From positions 992,001 to 1,056,000 of the forward strand of contig JBHYGA010000001.1 of the NCBI GenBank assembly GCA_051859245.1: 64,000 nt of DNA, in the 5' to 3' direction. This document shows positions 57,101 through 64,000 of the stretch, piece after piece (within the stretch, counting starts at the first letter, position 1; each line of letters opens with the position of its first letter). A program made the translations under genes and the position numbers. The notes beneath the pieces are model-generated. The model did not search any database and was not told where the DNA came from. It saw only the letters and a list, made by a program, of their open reading frames with translations. Source of the stretch: Gemmatimonadaceae bacterium. GTDB taxonomy: Bacteria; Gemmatimonadota; Gemmatimonadetes; Gemmatimonadales; Gemmatimonadaceae.

Positions 57101-58855
57101 GGCGCGTTCGCGTTCGCGACCAACGAATGGTGTCAGCGAATCGATCGCCGCTCCATCGAGACGAGATCGTACGTCCGATTCGCCAATCACCACGAACGTG
57201 CCAACGGGTATGCCATCCGAGGACGTGGTCGTTCCTCGCGCTGCCGCTGTGCGCACGAATGGCGTGACCAACCGCCGTGCTTCTGCGCTGATCACGATGG
57301 TATCGGGATCCGCGGCCGCATTCAGTCGTGAGGCGACGTCAACCGGTGCGCCACTCAGCCGATAACGTCGGTCTTCATTGGCGGACTGCTGCACGACCAC
57401 CGGACCTACGTGCACTCCAACGCGCAAACGCAGTGCGATCGGAATCCTTGCTGGTAGCGTTGTTGTGAGATCGCGGACACGCGCCTGCAGCCCGATGGCA
57501 GCTCGAACACCAGAGAGCGCGTCTTCATCGTGCGCCGTTGGTACCCCGAACAACATGACCAGACTGTCGCCGGTCACCTGATTCAACACGCCGCCGTGGG
57601 CCTTGGCCGTCTCCGCAGCGGCTTCGCGAATCTGCGCCAGGACACCGTCTGCCTCGTCTGGAGCGAGACGTTCAAACAGTGCATCGTGACCATCAATCGT
57701 GCACACGACGAGCGTCACATGTCGCCGCTCGCCGCTGCGCGAAATGCGCGTGTCCCGCGTGGGATCTGGCGCAGCGCGGCCCTCATTTAGACTGGCCGGT
57801 TCTGCGGTGATTGGGCGCGTGGTGCAGGCGAGCAACGCGCCGAGCAGCTGCGCGGCGTCGGCATAACGATCGCCGGGACGTTTCGCGAGGAGGGTGCGCA
57901 CGACGGCTTCAACATCGGGTGGCACATCGGAGCGCGCCTGCGAAAACGGGGCCGGGTCGGCCGAAAGCGTTGCCACCAGCAACGCCTGATCCGCGCTCCC
58001 ACGAAACGGTCGAACTCCCGCCAGCATTTCGTACATCACGACGCCGAGCGACCAAAGATCGGTGCGGTGATCGACTGTTTCGCCGAAGGCCTGCTCCGGA
58101 CTCATGTAGGCAAGCGTACCGATTACGGCCGTTGCCTGCGTGGCTGTGACATCCGACAACTTGGCAATCCCGAAATCGAGGATCTTGACCAGACCGTCGG
58201 CCGTGATCATGACATTCGCCGGCTTGATGTCGCGGTGCACGATGCCGCGCTGGTGCGCCTTGATCAGTCCGCGCGTGATCTCTGCGCTGATACGAATCGC
58301 TTCCGCCACCGGGAGCGGGCCGCGCGCGATGCAACGGTCGAGCGTTTCGCCGTCATAACACGCCATGACGATGTGCAATGTGCCGTCGGACATTTCGCCG
58401 ATTTCGTGCACCGTGCAAATGTTCGGATGCTCAATGGCCGCCGCGGCACGTGCCTCGACAAGGAAGCGCTTCTTCGCCACCGGATCTTCGCTGAGATGCG
58501 TTGGAAGAAACTTCAGCGCGACCTCTCGACCAAGTCGATCATCGCTGGCGCGATAGACCACACCCATGCCGCCTTTGCCCAGCTGTTCGAGCAGGCGGTA
58601 ACGCGAGTGCGCCGGAAGAGACAGCGCCGGCGTCGACACAAGCGCGGGTGAGGGCAGCAGTGGAGACATGACTTCTTCCACCAGCTGGTCCAGTACGCCC
58701 CGTCGCTCGTGCGCGGCGAGCAGCGCTTGAACCTCGGCTCGTACGCTTGCGTCGGGCGCCACGCGCAGAAGAAACGATTCGCGCTCAGGTCGCGGCTGCG
58801 TTAGCGCGTCCTGAAACAACGCCTCCACGGCGGCCCATTTTTCGGCGGCGTTCAC
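54176..58855 (-). CDS. Ser/Thr kinase - degenerate class III cyclase - STAND (AAA_16) ATPase - TPR multidomain protein
   Basis: GKGGMG, VALK, HRDIKPAN, DFG, YMSPEQ; GERRHVT..GD..FG..RVGVH cyclase fold; FVGRERE, GEAGVGKS, LLEDWHWAD, GGNPFF, F.H.L; long TPR array; no TM. Confidence 0.9.
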   Translation of the reverse strand: MNAAEKWAAVEALFQDALTQPRPERESFLLRVAPDASVRAEVQALLAAHERRGVLDQLVEEVMSPLLPSPALVSTPALSLPAHSRYRLLEQLGKGGMGVVYRASDDRLGREVALKFLPTHLSEDPVAKKRFLVEARAAAAIEHPNICTVHEIGEMSDGTLHIVMACYDGETLDRCIARGPLPVAEAIRISAEITRGLIKAHQRGIVHRDIKPANVMITADGLVKILDFGIAKLSDVTATQATAVIGTLAYMSPEQAFGETVDHRTDLWSLGVVMYEMLAGVRPFRGSADQALLVATLSADPAPFSQARSDVPPDVEAVVRTLLAKRPGDRYADAAQLLGALLACTTRPITAEPASLNEGRAAPDPTRDTRISRSGERRHVTLVVCTIDGHDALFERLAPDEADGVLAQIREAAAETAKAHGGVLNQVTGDSLVMLFGVPTAHDEDALSGVRAAIGLQARVRDLTTTLPARIPIALRLRVGVHVGPVVVQQSANEDRRYRLSGAPVDVASRLNAAADPDTIVISAEARRLVTPFVRTAAARGTTTSSDGIPVGTFVVIGESDVRSRLDGAAIDSLTPFVGRERERAELLARLAAVRQGSGSFTAIVGEAGVGKSRLLRELRAGAFASDVRVLVGHCDAYARSTPFAPFIETIADALAMPEGGTPSERHEALLLSTRAIDRSLEEFLPLLLALLSIPSAAYPVPEQLRGELLQSAMLDAIAALLTVGSHAQPTLLLLEDWHWADEASRAALRNLSEILANSPLMLVATSRPDATIEWGSSDHLRVLHLTPLDGAATWAIACGVLGASHISPELAQQLHERTGGNPFFLEEVCEALREVGAVAVLDGVATTSGDTGTVLVPETVQAVLRTRIDRLDVHALDVVRIASVIGRDFARGVLDAVYESRDALPQALERLKASGLVQQVGVVPEPLFRFKHALTQEVAYDSLLEHQRASMHLAVGRAIEARYAGRLESHVDKLAHHFGRAESWAEAVNYGLQSADRTMDLNQNADALHTLERVERWLARMPDDSSRRDLEADVLFRQERLSETLGMRNRQLGLVERLIALLAPFGPSERLAQAYLRQGDAFTLLRRFQSAERALETSLHIANERADSAGERNALRSIALLRSHEGRHADALAIIERVLELGREASDTRAEAGDLATMANILRAMGDSARALTVLEAALERTAATDNPVRYGALLNVIGTVHRDLGDYDRALEYFHRLMNDGLEHRHPVISSFTLPAIAHIQLQQGLVEESLATYQQALDINLKARFAEGSAHASRSLGEVLVGLSRLSEALPHLRRAAELFAQLEDHVNTAMMWRRLALAYERLHEPEQARDSWERARAVHLSSGNAAGEAEALDGLARAERQLDVAPEQIIARYEDALALAVRVGDRKRELTVRNALGIVHWQRGEYREAVNHYEVALRLCRENADRVHEALILNSLGASLHQLKRWDEARTALVEAVRVTEQTGELQLRAHAYATLGDVAIASGRLEEARERFTQSLLLRVDLADRRGEGWMQHRLAHANTLLNDVAGAAKAAAAAREIAQELNEPGLLHAVSLS

Positions 58856-58862
58856 TCGGCGT

Positions 58863-59450
58863 TCACTCCGCGCTCAGTTCACGATTTAACCACGCGCGTG
58901 CCGCCGTCCAGTCACGCTTTACCGTGGCCGGTGAAAGATTCAGCGCCTCAGCCGTTTCTTCGATACTCAAGCCAACGAAAAAGCGGCATTCGACAATCCG
59001 ACCGTGTCGCGGATTGAGTGCGGCCAATCGCTCGAGCGCGTCATCGAGTGCGGTGAGATGATCGAGGTTCTGATCCACCGCAGACATCTGTGCATCAGCG
59101 TGCTCAAGCGGCACCAGCAGCTCGCCGCCACCGCGTTTCTGGGCGCGTCGCGTTTCGGCATAGTCGACCAGCACGCGTCGCATTGTGCGCGCCGCCATGG
59201 CCAAGACATGTGTGCGGTCTCGCCATTGCATCCGATCCAGACCTTCCAAACGCAAGAACGCCTCGTGGACCAGTCCGTCCGTCTCAAGCGTATGCCCCTC
59301 GGCCTCACCAGCAAGTTGACGCCGCGCAATAAGCCGCAGACGGTCGTGTAGTAAACCCAGCACTTGCTTGAGTGCGTTAGCGTCACCGTGACTGGCGATA
59401 TGCAGCAGCCGAGTGACGTCGCCTTGATCGGGGATCTCTTGGACGGTCAT
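58863..59450 (-). CDS. ECF sigma factor, TIGR02999/ECF43-like (kinase-associated)
   Basis: VT.LL...G, HTL....LVHEAFLRL, W.DR.H, MRRVLVD.A..R.A.KRGG, ECRFF.GL, TVKRDW..ARAWL. Confidence 0.92.
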   Translation of the reverse strand: MTVQEIPDQGDVTRLLHIASHGDANALKQVLGLLHDRLRLIARRQLAGEAEGHTLETDGLVHEAFLRLEGLDRMQWRDRTHVLAMAARTMRRVLVDYAETRRAQKRGGGELLVPLEHADAQMSAVDQNLDHLTALDDALERLAALNPRHGRIVECRFFVGLSIEETAEALNLSPATVKRDWTAARAWLNRELSAE

Positions 59451-59631
59451 GCCAGGGCAGTAAGGGAAGGGAGGCCGTTCACTTAAGGAGGCGGGAACGT
59501 CAGGCGAAACGGCTCATCCGCCTTGTGGGCAGGTCAATCTACGTCTTCTGGCGAATAGCCCCACGCGGTCGCGTGATCGAGTTTGAAGGAACGCTACCAC
59601 TTGAACCACACATCAGTGAACGGAGAGTGTC

Positions 59632-60195
59632 ATGGAAGACCGACTCGCGACCGAACGTAGCACCGCAGGAACCACTGGCCGTCTGGACAACACGACCGCC
59701 GGCCAGCTCATGCACCTAAGCGACATGAACGACTACGAAATCGCAGACGGCGAACCGGATATCCGAGGTTGGGATGTGCGGGCGAGCAACGGCGACAAGA
59801 TTGGGGACGTGGAGGATCTGCTGGTTGACTCGGCGACACTGCGCGTCCGGTACATCGAAGTCAAGCTCGAGAAGGATCTTGTCGCTAATGCCGATCGTCG
59901 CCATGCGTTGCTGCCCATCGGTTCGGCGCGCCTCGACGATGATGACGACAATGTGCTCGTCAGCATGGACAGTGAGCGGTTGCGTGCACTGCCGCCCTAT
60001 GTACGCGGCACGCTGAATCGCGAATATGAGCAGTCGGTGGTGGACGGATTTCGCCGCCCGGACGATCGCGTCATGTCGACGGACGCCGACCGCGATTTTT
60101 ATGACGGCGACCAGTTCGACGATCGCCGCACGTTCGAGACACGTCGGACTCCCGGCCGTGAAGACACCGGGTACATGCGTCGATTGGGCGAGTAA
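59632..60195 (+). CDS. PRC-barrel domain protein
   Basis: EPDIRGW.V....G.KIG.V.DLLVD....VRY; GGAG RBS. Confidence 0.85.
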   Translation: MEDRLATERSTAGTTGRLDNTTAGQLMHLSDMNDYEIADGEPDIRGWDVRASNGDKIGDVEDLLVDSATLRVRYIEVKLEKDLVANADRRHALLPIGSARLDDDDDNVLVSMDSERLRALPPYVRGTLNREYEQSVVDGFRRPDDRVMSTDADRDFYDGDQFDDRRTFETRRTPGREDTGYMRRLGE

Positions 60196-60204
60196 CGATT
60201 GGTC

Positions 60205-62109
60205 CTACGTTGGGGTTGGTTGATACAGCAGCGCGTCGTGCACTTCGCGACGCGCTGCGGTTAACCGGTCCACGTCTTCGCCAACCGCTCGCGCGGCCTC
60301 AATGAGCGTCGTGAGCGGCGCCACGTCTGACTCACCGGCGTGCAGGCGCAACAGATCGAGTCGTATTGCCTCGAGTGCCGCAACGCTCCGGGCCAGTCGT
60401 GCGCCGGCCGCGTTTCGTCGATCAGCCAGTAGCTCGTTGTTGGCGGAGTCGGGCGCCAGGGCGGCCACCACATCCAGATCGGCGCGTGCCTCTGCTGCCT
60501 GCGCCTCGAGCGCGGCGACCGTCGCGGGCAGATCGCGCAGCTGTTCACGATACGCTTGCGGCAGCGCAGCAAACAGTTCGCCCGCCGCAACGCCGAGCGC
60601 GGCTTCCGTGGCGCGAAACACGCCTCCGCCCACTGCGCGTGAACGAGCCGGTGCGCCAAGCCGTTTTGCCAGCCACGCGCCGGCGCGACTGCTCCAGAGT
60701 CGTTCGCGAATACCGGTCTGCAACAGATCACGCACACGGTGTGGAATGAACTGCACATCCAGCGCGTTGCTGATGGCGCCAAACAACATGGTGGTCAGCA
60801 CGGGCGCCACGATCACAATTGGCGCCATTTCATTTTCCCTGATCGTACCGGCAATCAGCAGGCCGATCGTGCTGGCCAACCAGCCAGCCGCCCCCAACGT
60901 CGCAACGCGCAACAACCGCGGCCCTGGGCCTTCTGGTGTGCTCCGTATGAGCGCGTCCGTCTCGCTCCGCTCCCGACGCGCCACGCCGAGTGCCGTGCGC
61001 AGATCGGCCAGCGTATGCCCGGCTTTGAACTGAAGGCGGGCCTGATTGAGGTGGTACCCGATGATCGGAAACAATGGCAGCGACGTAATTGCCGCGAGGA
61101 GGACGATGTCGGCTGGACCATCCGGCCGATTGCCGGTGACCCACGCAATAAGATTGGCCAGCGTCATAAAGCCAAAGACTGCTGACCAACCCGCGTACGG
61201 CACCAGAAGCGGGTTGCGCGCCGAGAGCCACGCACGAAGCGATGTGGGCAGCACCGGACGTGCATCGGATGACGGCGCGAGCGCTGCGGCAACAGCTTCG
61301 CCGTCCTGAAAGCGATGTGCAGGATCACGTTCAAGACATCGATCGATTGTGGTGCCGATCACACTCGGCAATCCCGGTGCGATCTGCAGGACGCTCGTTG
61401 GTACCTCGGTTGCCTGACGGACAAGAAGCGCCGGAAGATTACTCGTCTCGAATGGCAGACGCCCACTCACGGCGAGGTACCCCACGACGCCGAGCGCGTA
61501 AATGTCGCTGCGTCCGTCGATTGATGAACCGGCCGCCTGTTCAGGGCTCATGAAATGCGCGGTGCCCATGAGCATGCCGGGATCGGTGCTCGGGCCCGCG
61601 TGTGTTGCGCCGTGCGCAATGCCGAAATCGGTGACGAGCGCGCGCCCCGTACTGGCTTCGAGCAGAATGTTATCTGGTTTCACGTCACGGTGAACGATGC
61701 CACGTCCATGGGCGTATGCGAGTGCCCAGGCAACCTCGCGCAGGACACGCGCGGCATCGGCGGGAGGGAGCGGACCCCGGGTGCGCAGCCGCTCGCCGAG
61801 CGTTTCGCCTTCCACGTACGCCATCACGAAATACACGATGCCGCGCGCTTCACCAACGCGGTGAATGGGCACGATATGCGGATGTGACAGACCGGCCGCG
61901 GTTCGCGCCTCGCGCAAGAATCGAGCGCGCGTTGCTTCCGACGCGAGTTGCGAGGGGAGCGTCTTGATTGCCACATCGCGGTCGAGCTGCACGTCTCGCG
62001 CGAGGTAGACAATGCCCATGCCGCCGCGGCCCAATTCGCGCTGTAGCGAGTATTCGCCCGCCAGAGCGGACTGCAGCGCGAGGAATTCGTTGTCGTGGGG
62101 TGAGGTCAT
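60205..62109 (-). CDS. Ser/Thr protein kinase with ~4 TM helices and C-terminal helical domain
   Basis: ELGRGGMG, VAIK, HRDVKPDN, DFG, MSPEQ; hydrophobic segments after the kinase domain. Confidence 0.9.
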   Translation of the reverse strand: MTSPHDNEFLALQSALAGEYSLQRELGRGGMGIVYLARDVQLDRDVAIKTLPSQLASEATRARFLREARTAAGLSHPHIVPIHRVGEARGIVYFVMAYVEGETLGERLRTRGPLPPADAARVLREVAWALAYAHGRGIVHRDVKPDNILLEASTGRALVTDFGIAHGATHAGPSTDPGMLMGTAHFMSPEQAAGSSIDGRSDIYALGVVGYLAVSGRLPFETSNLPALLVRQATEVPTSVLQIAPGLPSVIGTTIDRCLERDPAHRFQDGEAVAAALAPSSDARPVLPTSLRAWLSARNPLLVPYAGWSAVFGFMTLANLIAWVTGNRPDGPADIVLLAAITSLPLFPIIGYHLNQARLQFKAGHTLADLRTALGVARRERSETDALIRSTPEGPGPRLLRVATLGAAGWLASTIGLLIAGTIRENEMAPIVIVAPVLTTMLFGAISNALDVQFIPHRVRDLLQTGIRERLWSSRAGAWLAKRLGAPARSRAVGGGVFRATEAALGVAAGELFAALPQAYREQLRDLPATVAALEAQAAEARADLDVVAALAPDSANNELLADRRNAAGARLARSVAALEAIRLDLLRLHAGESDVAPLTTLIEAARAVGEDVDRLTAARREVHDALLYQPTPT

Positions 62110-62164
62110 GGGGGTCCGTACGCGTTGCCGACGGAGAGGTTTCCTGTTGCGCAGACACCCCGTG

Positions 62165-63253
62165 TCAGGGCGGTGAGTCCGCGTGGTGTGTGAAACTCAG
62201 CTCGAAGGGTCTCGTGAAGTATCGCTCCCGCCAGGTGGGGTCGTGCGCATCAAGAACGATGGCGACTGCAGCTCCTACAGGATATACCACCTCGCGCCGA
62301 TGTTTCGCGAGGTTGGCGCCTGCGGTCCCACGCACGATGGCGCGAAAAATGGAGTCGCGGACGGTTGGCCACGAACGACCGTAGAGAGCGCTGGCGTGAG
62401 CATCTGCCGCGGCAACGGAAGCCACGCGGTACTCCGTGTAGCGTGCGACGCCCTCCTGCCACAGCTGAAAGTTGAGATAGCGCGCGTCGTTTGCAGAAAG
62501 CGCGGCGTGCAATGCGGCATACGCAGTGCGCACCTCTGCAATTCGTGACGGGCGTACGGAGACACTGAACGTGTCAAGCGCAGCAACAAGTGCGTGCGTC
62601 AACTGATCGAAGCGTTGCTGCACACGCGCGGAGTCGTACGGGAAGGCGTAGTTGAGCGCCCACATGCCGGTAGTGTCGCCGCGCGCGAGGTCAAGCGCGT
62701 TCACGCCGTCGTAATAGCGTGGCTGCGCGAACTGGAGTTGATGAAAATGTTCGTGCAGCAACGTAAGCACCCATTCTGCGGGTGATTTCCCCGTGGCTTC
62801 GGCCTGTCCGATCACGACAACGGGTGACGCGTTGCCAAGGGGAAAAGTGGCGAGCAGTGCGGACGGGAAGATGCGCGTTCGCGTGTGCACGGCTGCGCGA
62901 AGCATCGAGTCGATGCCCACGCTCGCGAAGCCCGCAGGCACGCGCGTCTCGGTAGTCGTTGGCGACGACAGCGGCGTGACGAGATACTCGCGCTCGCCTG
63001 CTACGAGCAGTATTGGAAACGCCGTTGCGCCCCAGCCCGTCCACGCGCTGTCACCATAACGCGCGGCCAGTGTGTACGCGTCGAGAATCCCCGCGCGATC
63101 CACTGTCGGCAGTGTGTCGATAGATCGCGACGCCTTGGCGCGTGCGAACGGTGGCGCTCCTGGCGTCGGGCTGAAGCGGACAACGCCGGTGTCACGTGAA
63201 AGGGCGACGCACGCGAAGAGCACCACGCCGAGCATCGGAATCTGACGCATCAC
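62165..63253 (-). CDS. Secreted putative metallopeptidase (HExxH)
   Basis: Signal peptide; LLHEHFHQLQ and downstream QEGVARY. Confidence 0.65.
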   Translation of the reverse strand: MMRQIPMLGVVLFACVALSRDTGVVRFSPTPGAPPFARAKASRSIDTLPTVDRAGILDAYTLAARYGDSAWTGWGATAFPILLVAGEREYLVTPLSSPTTTETRVPAGFASVGIDSMLRAAVHTRTRIFPSALLATFPLGNASPVVVIGQAEATGKSPAEWVLTLLHEHFHQLQFAQPRYYDGVNALDLARGDTTGMWALNYAFPYDSARVQQRFDQLTHALVAALDTFSVSVRPSRIAEVRTAYAALHAALSANDARYLNFQLWQEGVARYTEYRVASVAAADAHASALYGRSWPTVRDSIFRAIVRGTAGANLAKHRREVVYPVGAAVAIVLDAHDPTWRERYFTRPFELSFTHHADSPP

Positions 63254-63518
63254 GAAAGAGCAAATGTTGGGGAGGGATGGCGTGCGCTCTGCGCACCGCT
63301 ATTGCGACACGTTGCCGGCGTGATTGGGTTGCCCCGAGGGGGACGCCCAGTGCGGGGAACTTCCGGACCCTCCCCTCAGGAAGACCCTGACTGCCTCGCC
63401 GATGCTGAACGACTAGCGTAGGCGTGCGAACGTGTGGCATGACCTGCGGCGTTCGCCTGCCGCGACTCGATCGCCGTCTGATTGGGTGCGCAGTTCTCTC
63501 GCGACCTCGGGAGTTGTT

Positions 63519-64000
63519 ATGCGATCGCTTGCGATCATTATGGCCGCCAGTGCAGTAACTCTCACACCACTATGCGCGAAAGCGCAGCTGGCGCGCGAAA
63601 CATCACGAACATCAATGGAGTTCCTGGTTGATGGTGCGTTCCCAACCAACAAGCTTGGTGACGCAGAACTCGATGCCGGCCTCGGTTTTGGCGCAAATAT
63701 CCGCGTGCGACTCCAGCCGCACTTGCTCGCATACGCGGGATGGGAGTGGAAACACTTCGTGACCGACCAACTGGTCTCCACGCAGGAACTGGATGTTGAG
63801 GAAACCGGGTACACGTTTGGCCTGCGCTTTGAGCATCCGCTCCGCGGGGAGACCTCGAGTGAGAGATCCACACTCGGCTACTGGCTGCGCGCGGGCGGCG
63901 TGTTCAATCACATCGAAGTTGAAAATGACGACGGTGATATTGTTGCCGACACTGATCACGCCATTGGGTGGGAAGCTGGCGGTGGTCTGACCGTGCCGCT
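63519..64000 (+). CDS. Outer-membrane beta-barrel protein, 3' end outside window
   Basis: Manual translation MRSLAIIMAASAVTLTPLCAKAQ... with alternating strands (LAYAGWEW, GYTFGLRF, GWEAGGG); GGAG RBS. Confidence 0.8.
   Translation, partial: MRSLAIIMAASAVTLTPLCAKAQLARETSRTSMEFLVDGAFPTNKLGDAELDAGLGFGANIRVRLQPHLLAYAGWEWKHFVTDQLVSTQELDVEETGYTFGLRFEHPLRGETSSERSTLGYWLRAGGVFNHIEVENDDGDIVADTDHAIGWEAGGGLTVP

Noticed and set aside
63320..63400. Possible cobalamin riboswitch (TCAGGAAGACCCTG resembles a B12 box) upstream of the beta-barrel gene
   Set aside because: The core GGGAA..GGTG..AATCC and CCC..ACTG elements are not found; an Rfam scan would settle it

Overview
GC-rich bacterial chromosomal segment; the gene repertoire and protein styles suggest Gemmatimonadota (inference). 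No rRNA, tRNA, CRISPR or transposase was seen. Bases 1-25.6 kb form a phosphate (Pho) supercluster: pstS-type SBP, ppk1, ppx, a TonB receptor-lipoprotein-lipoprotein-pstS unit, cobB, udk-phoB-phoR, and a double 5'-nucleotidase-add-pnp salvage operon. Two arsenic cassettes are interleaved with it: arsR/metallophosphoesterase divergent from arsD-arsA, which runs directly into ppx, and arsR2-arsM-arsN2. No arsB, acr3 or arsC is present. Four in-register Pho-box-like promoters, two ATCAA-N6-TTGAT ArsR operators and two copies of a ~240-bp palindromic element can be read directly from the DNA. The middle is mostly housekeeping and envelope genes (thiD, M48, TrmH, pilD, DUF445, lon, VPS10-like hydrolase, PEP-CTERM, M66-like peptidase). 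The right end is accessory/signalling. It includes padR plus a minimal LptF/G-like permease, and an operon of an ECF43-like sigma factor with Asp at the usual phospho-Thr site, a 1559-aa kinase/pseudo-cyclase/STAND/TPR protein and DUF4242. All product calls come from motif recognition, not database searches.
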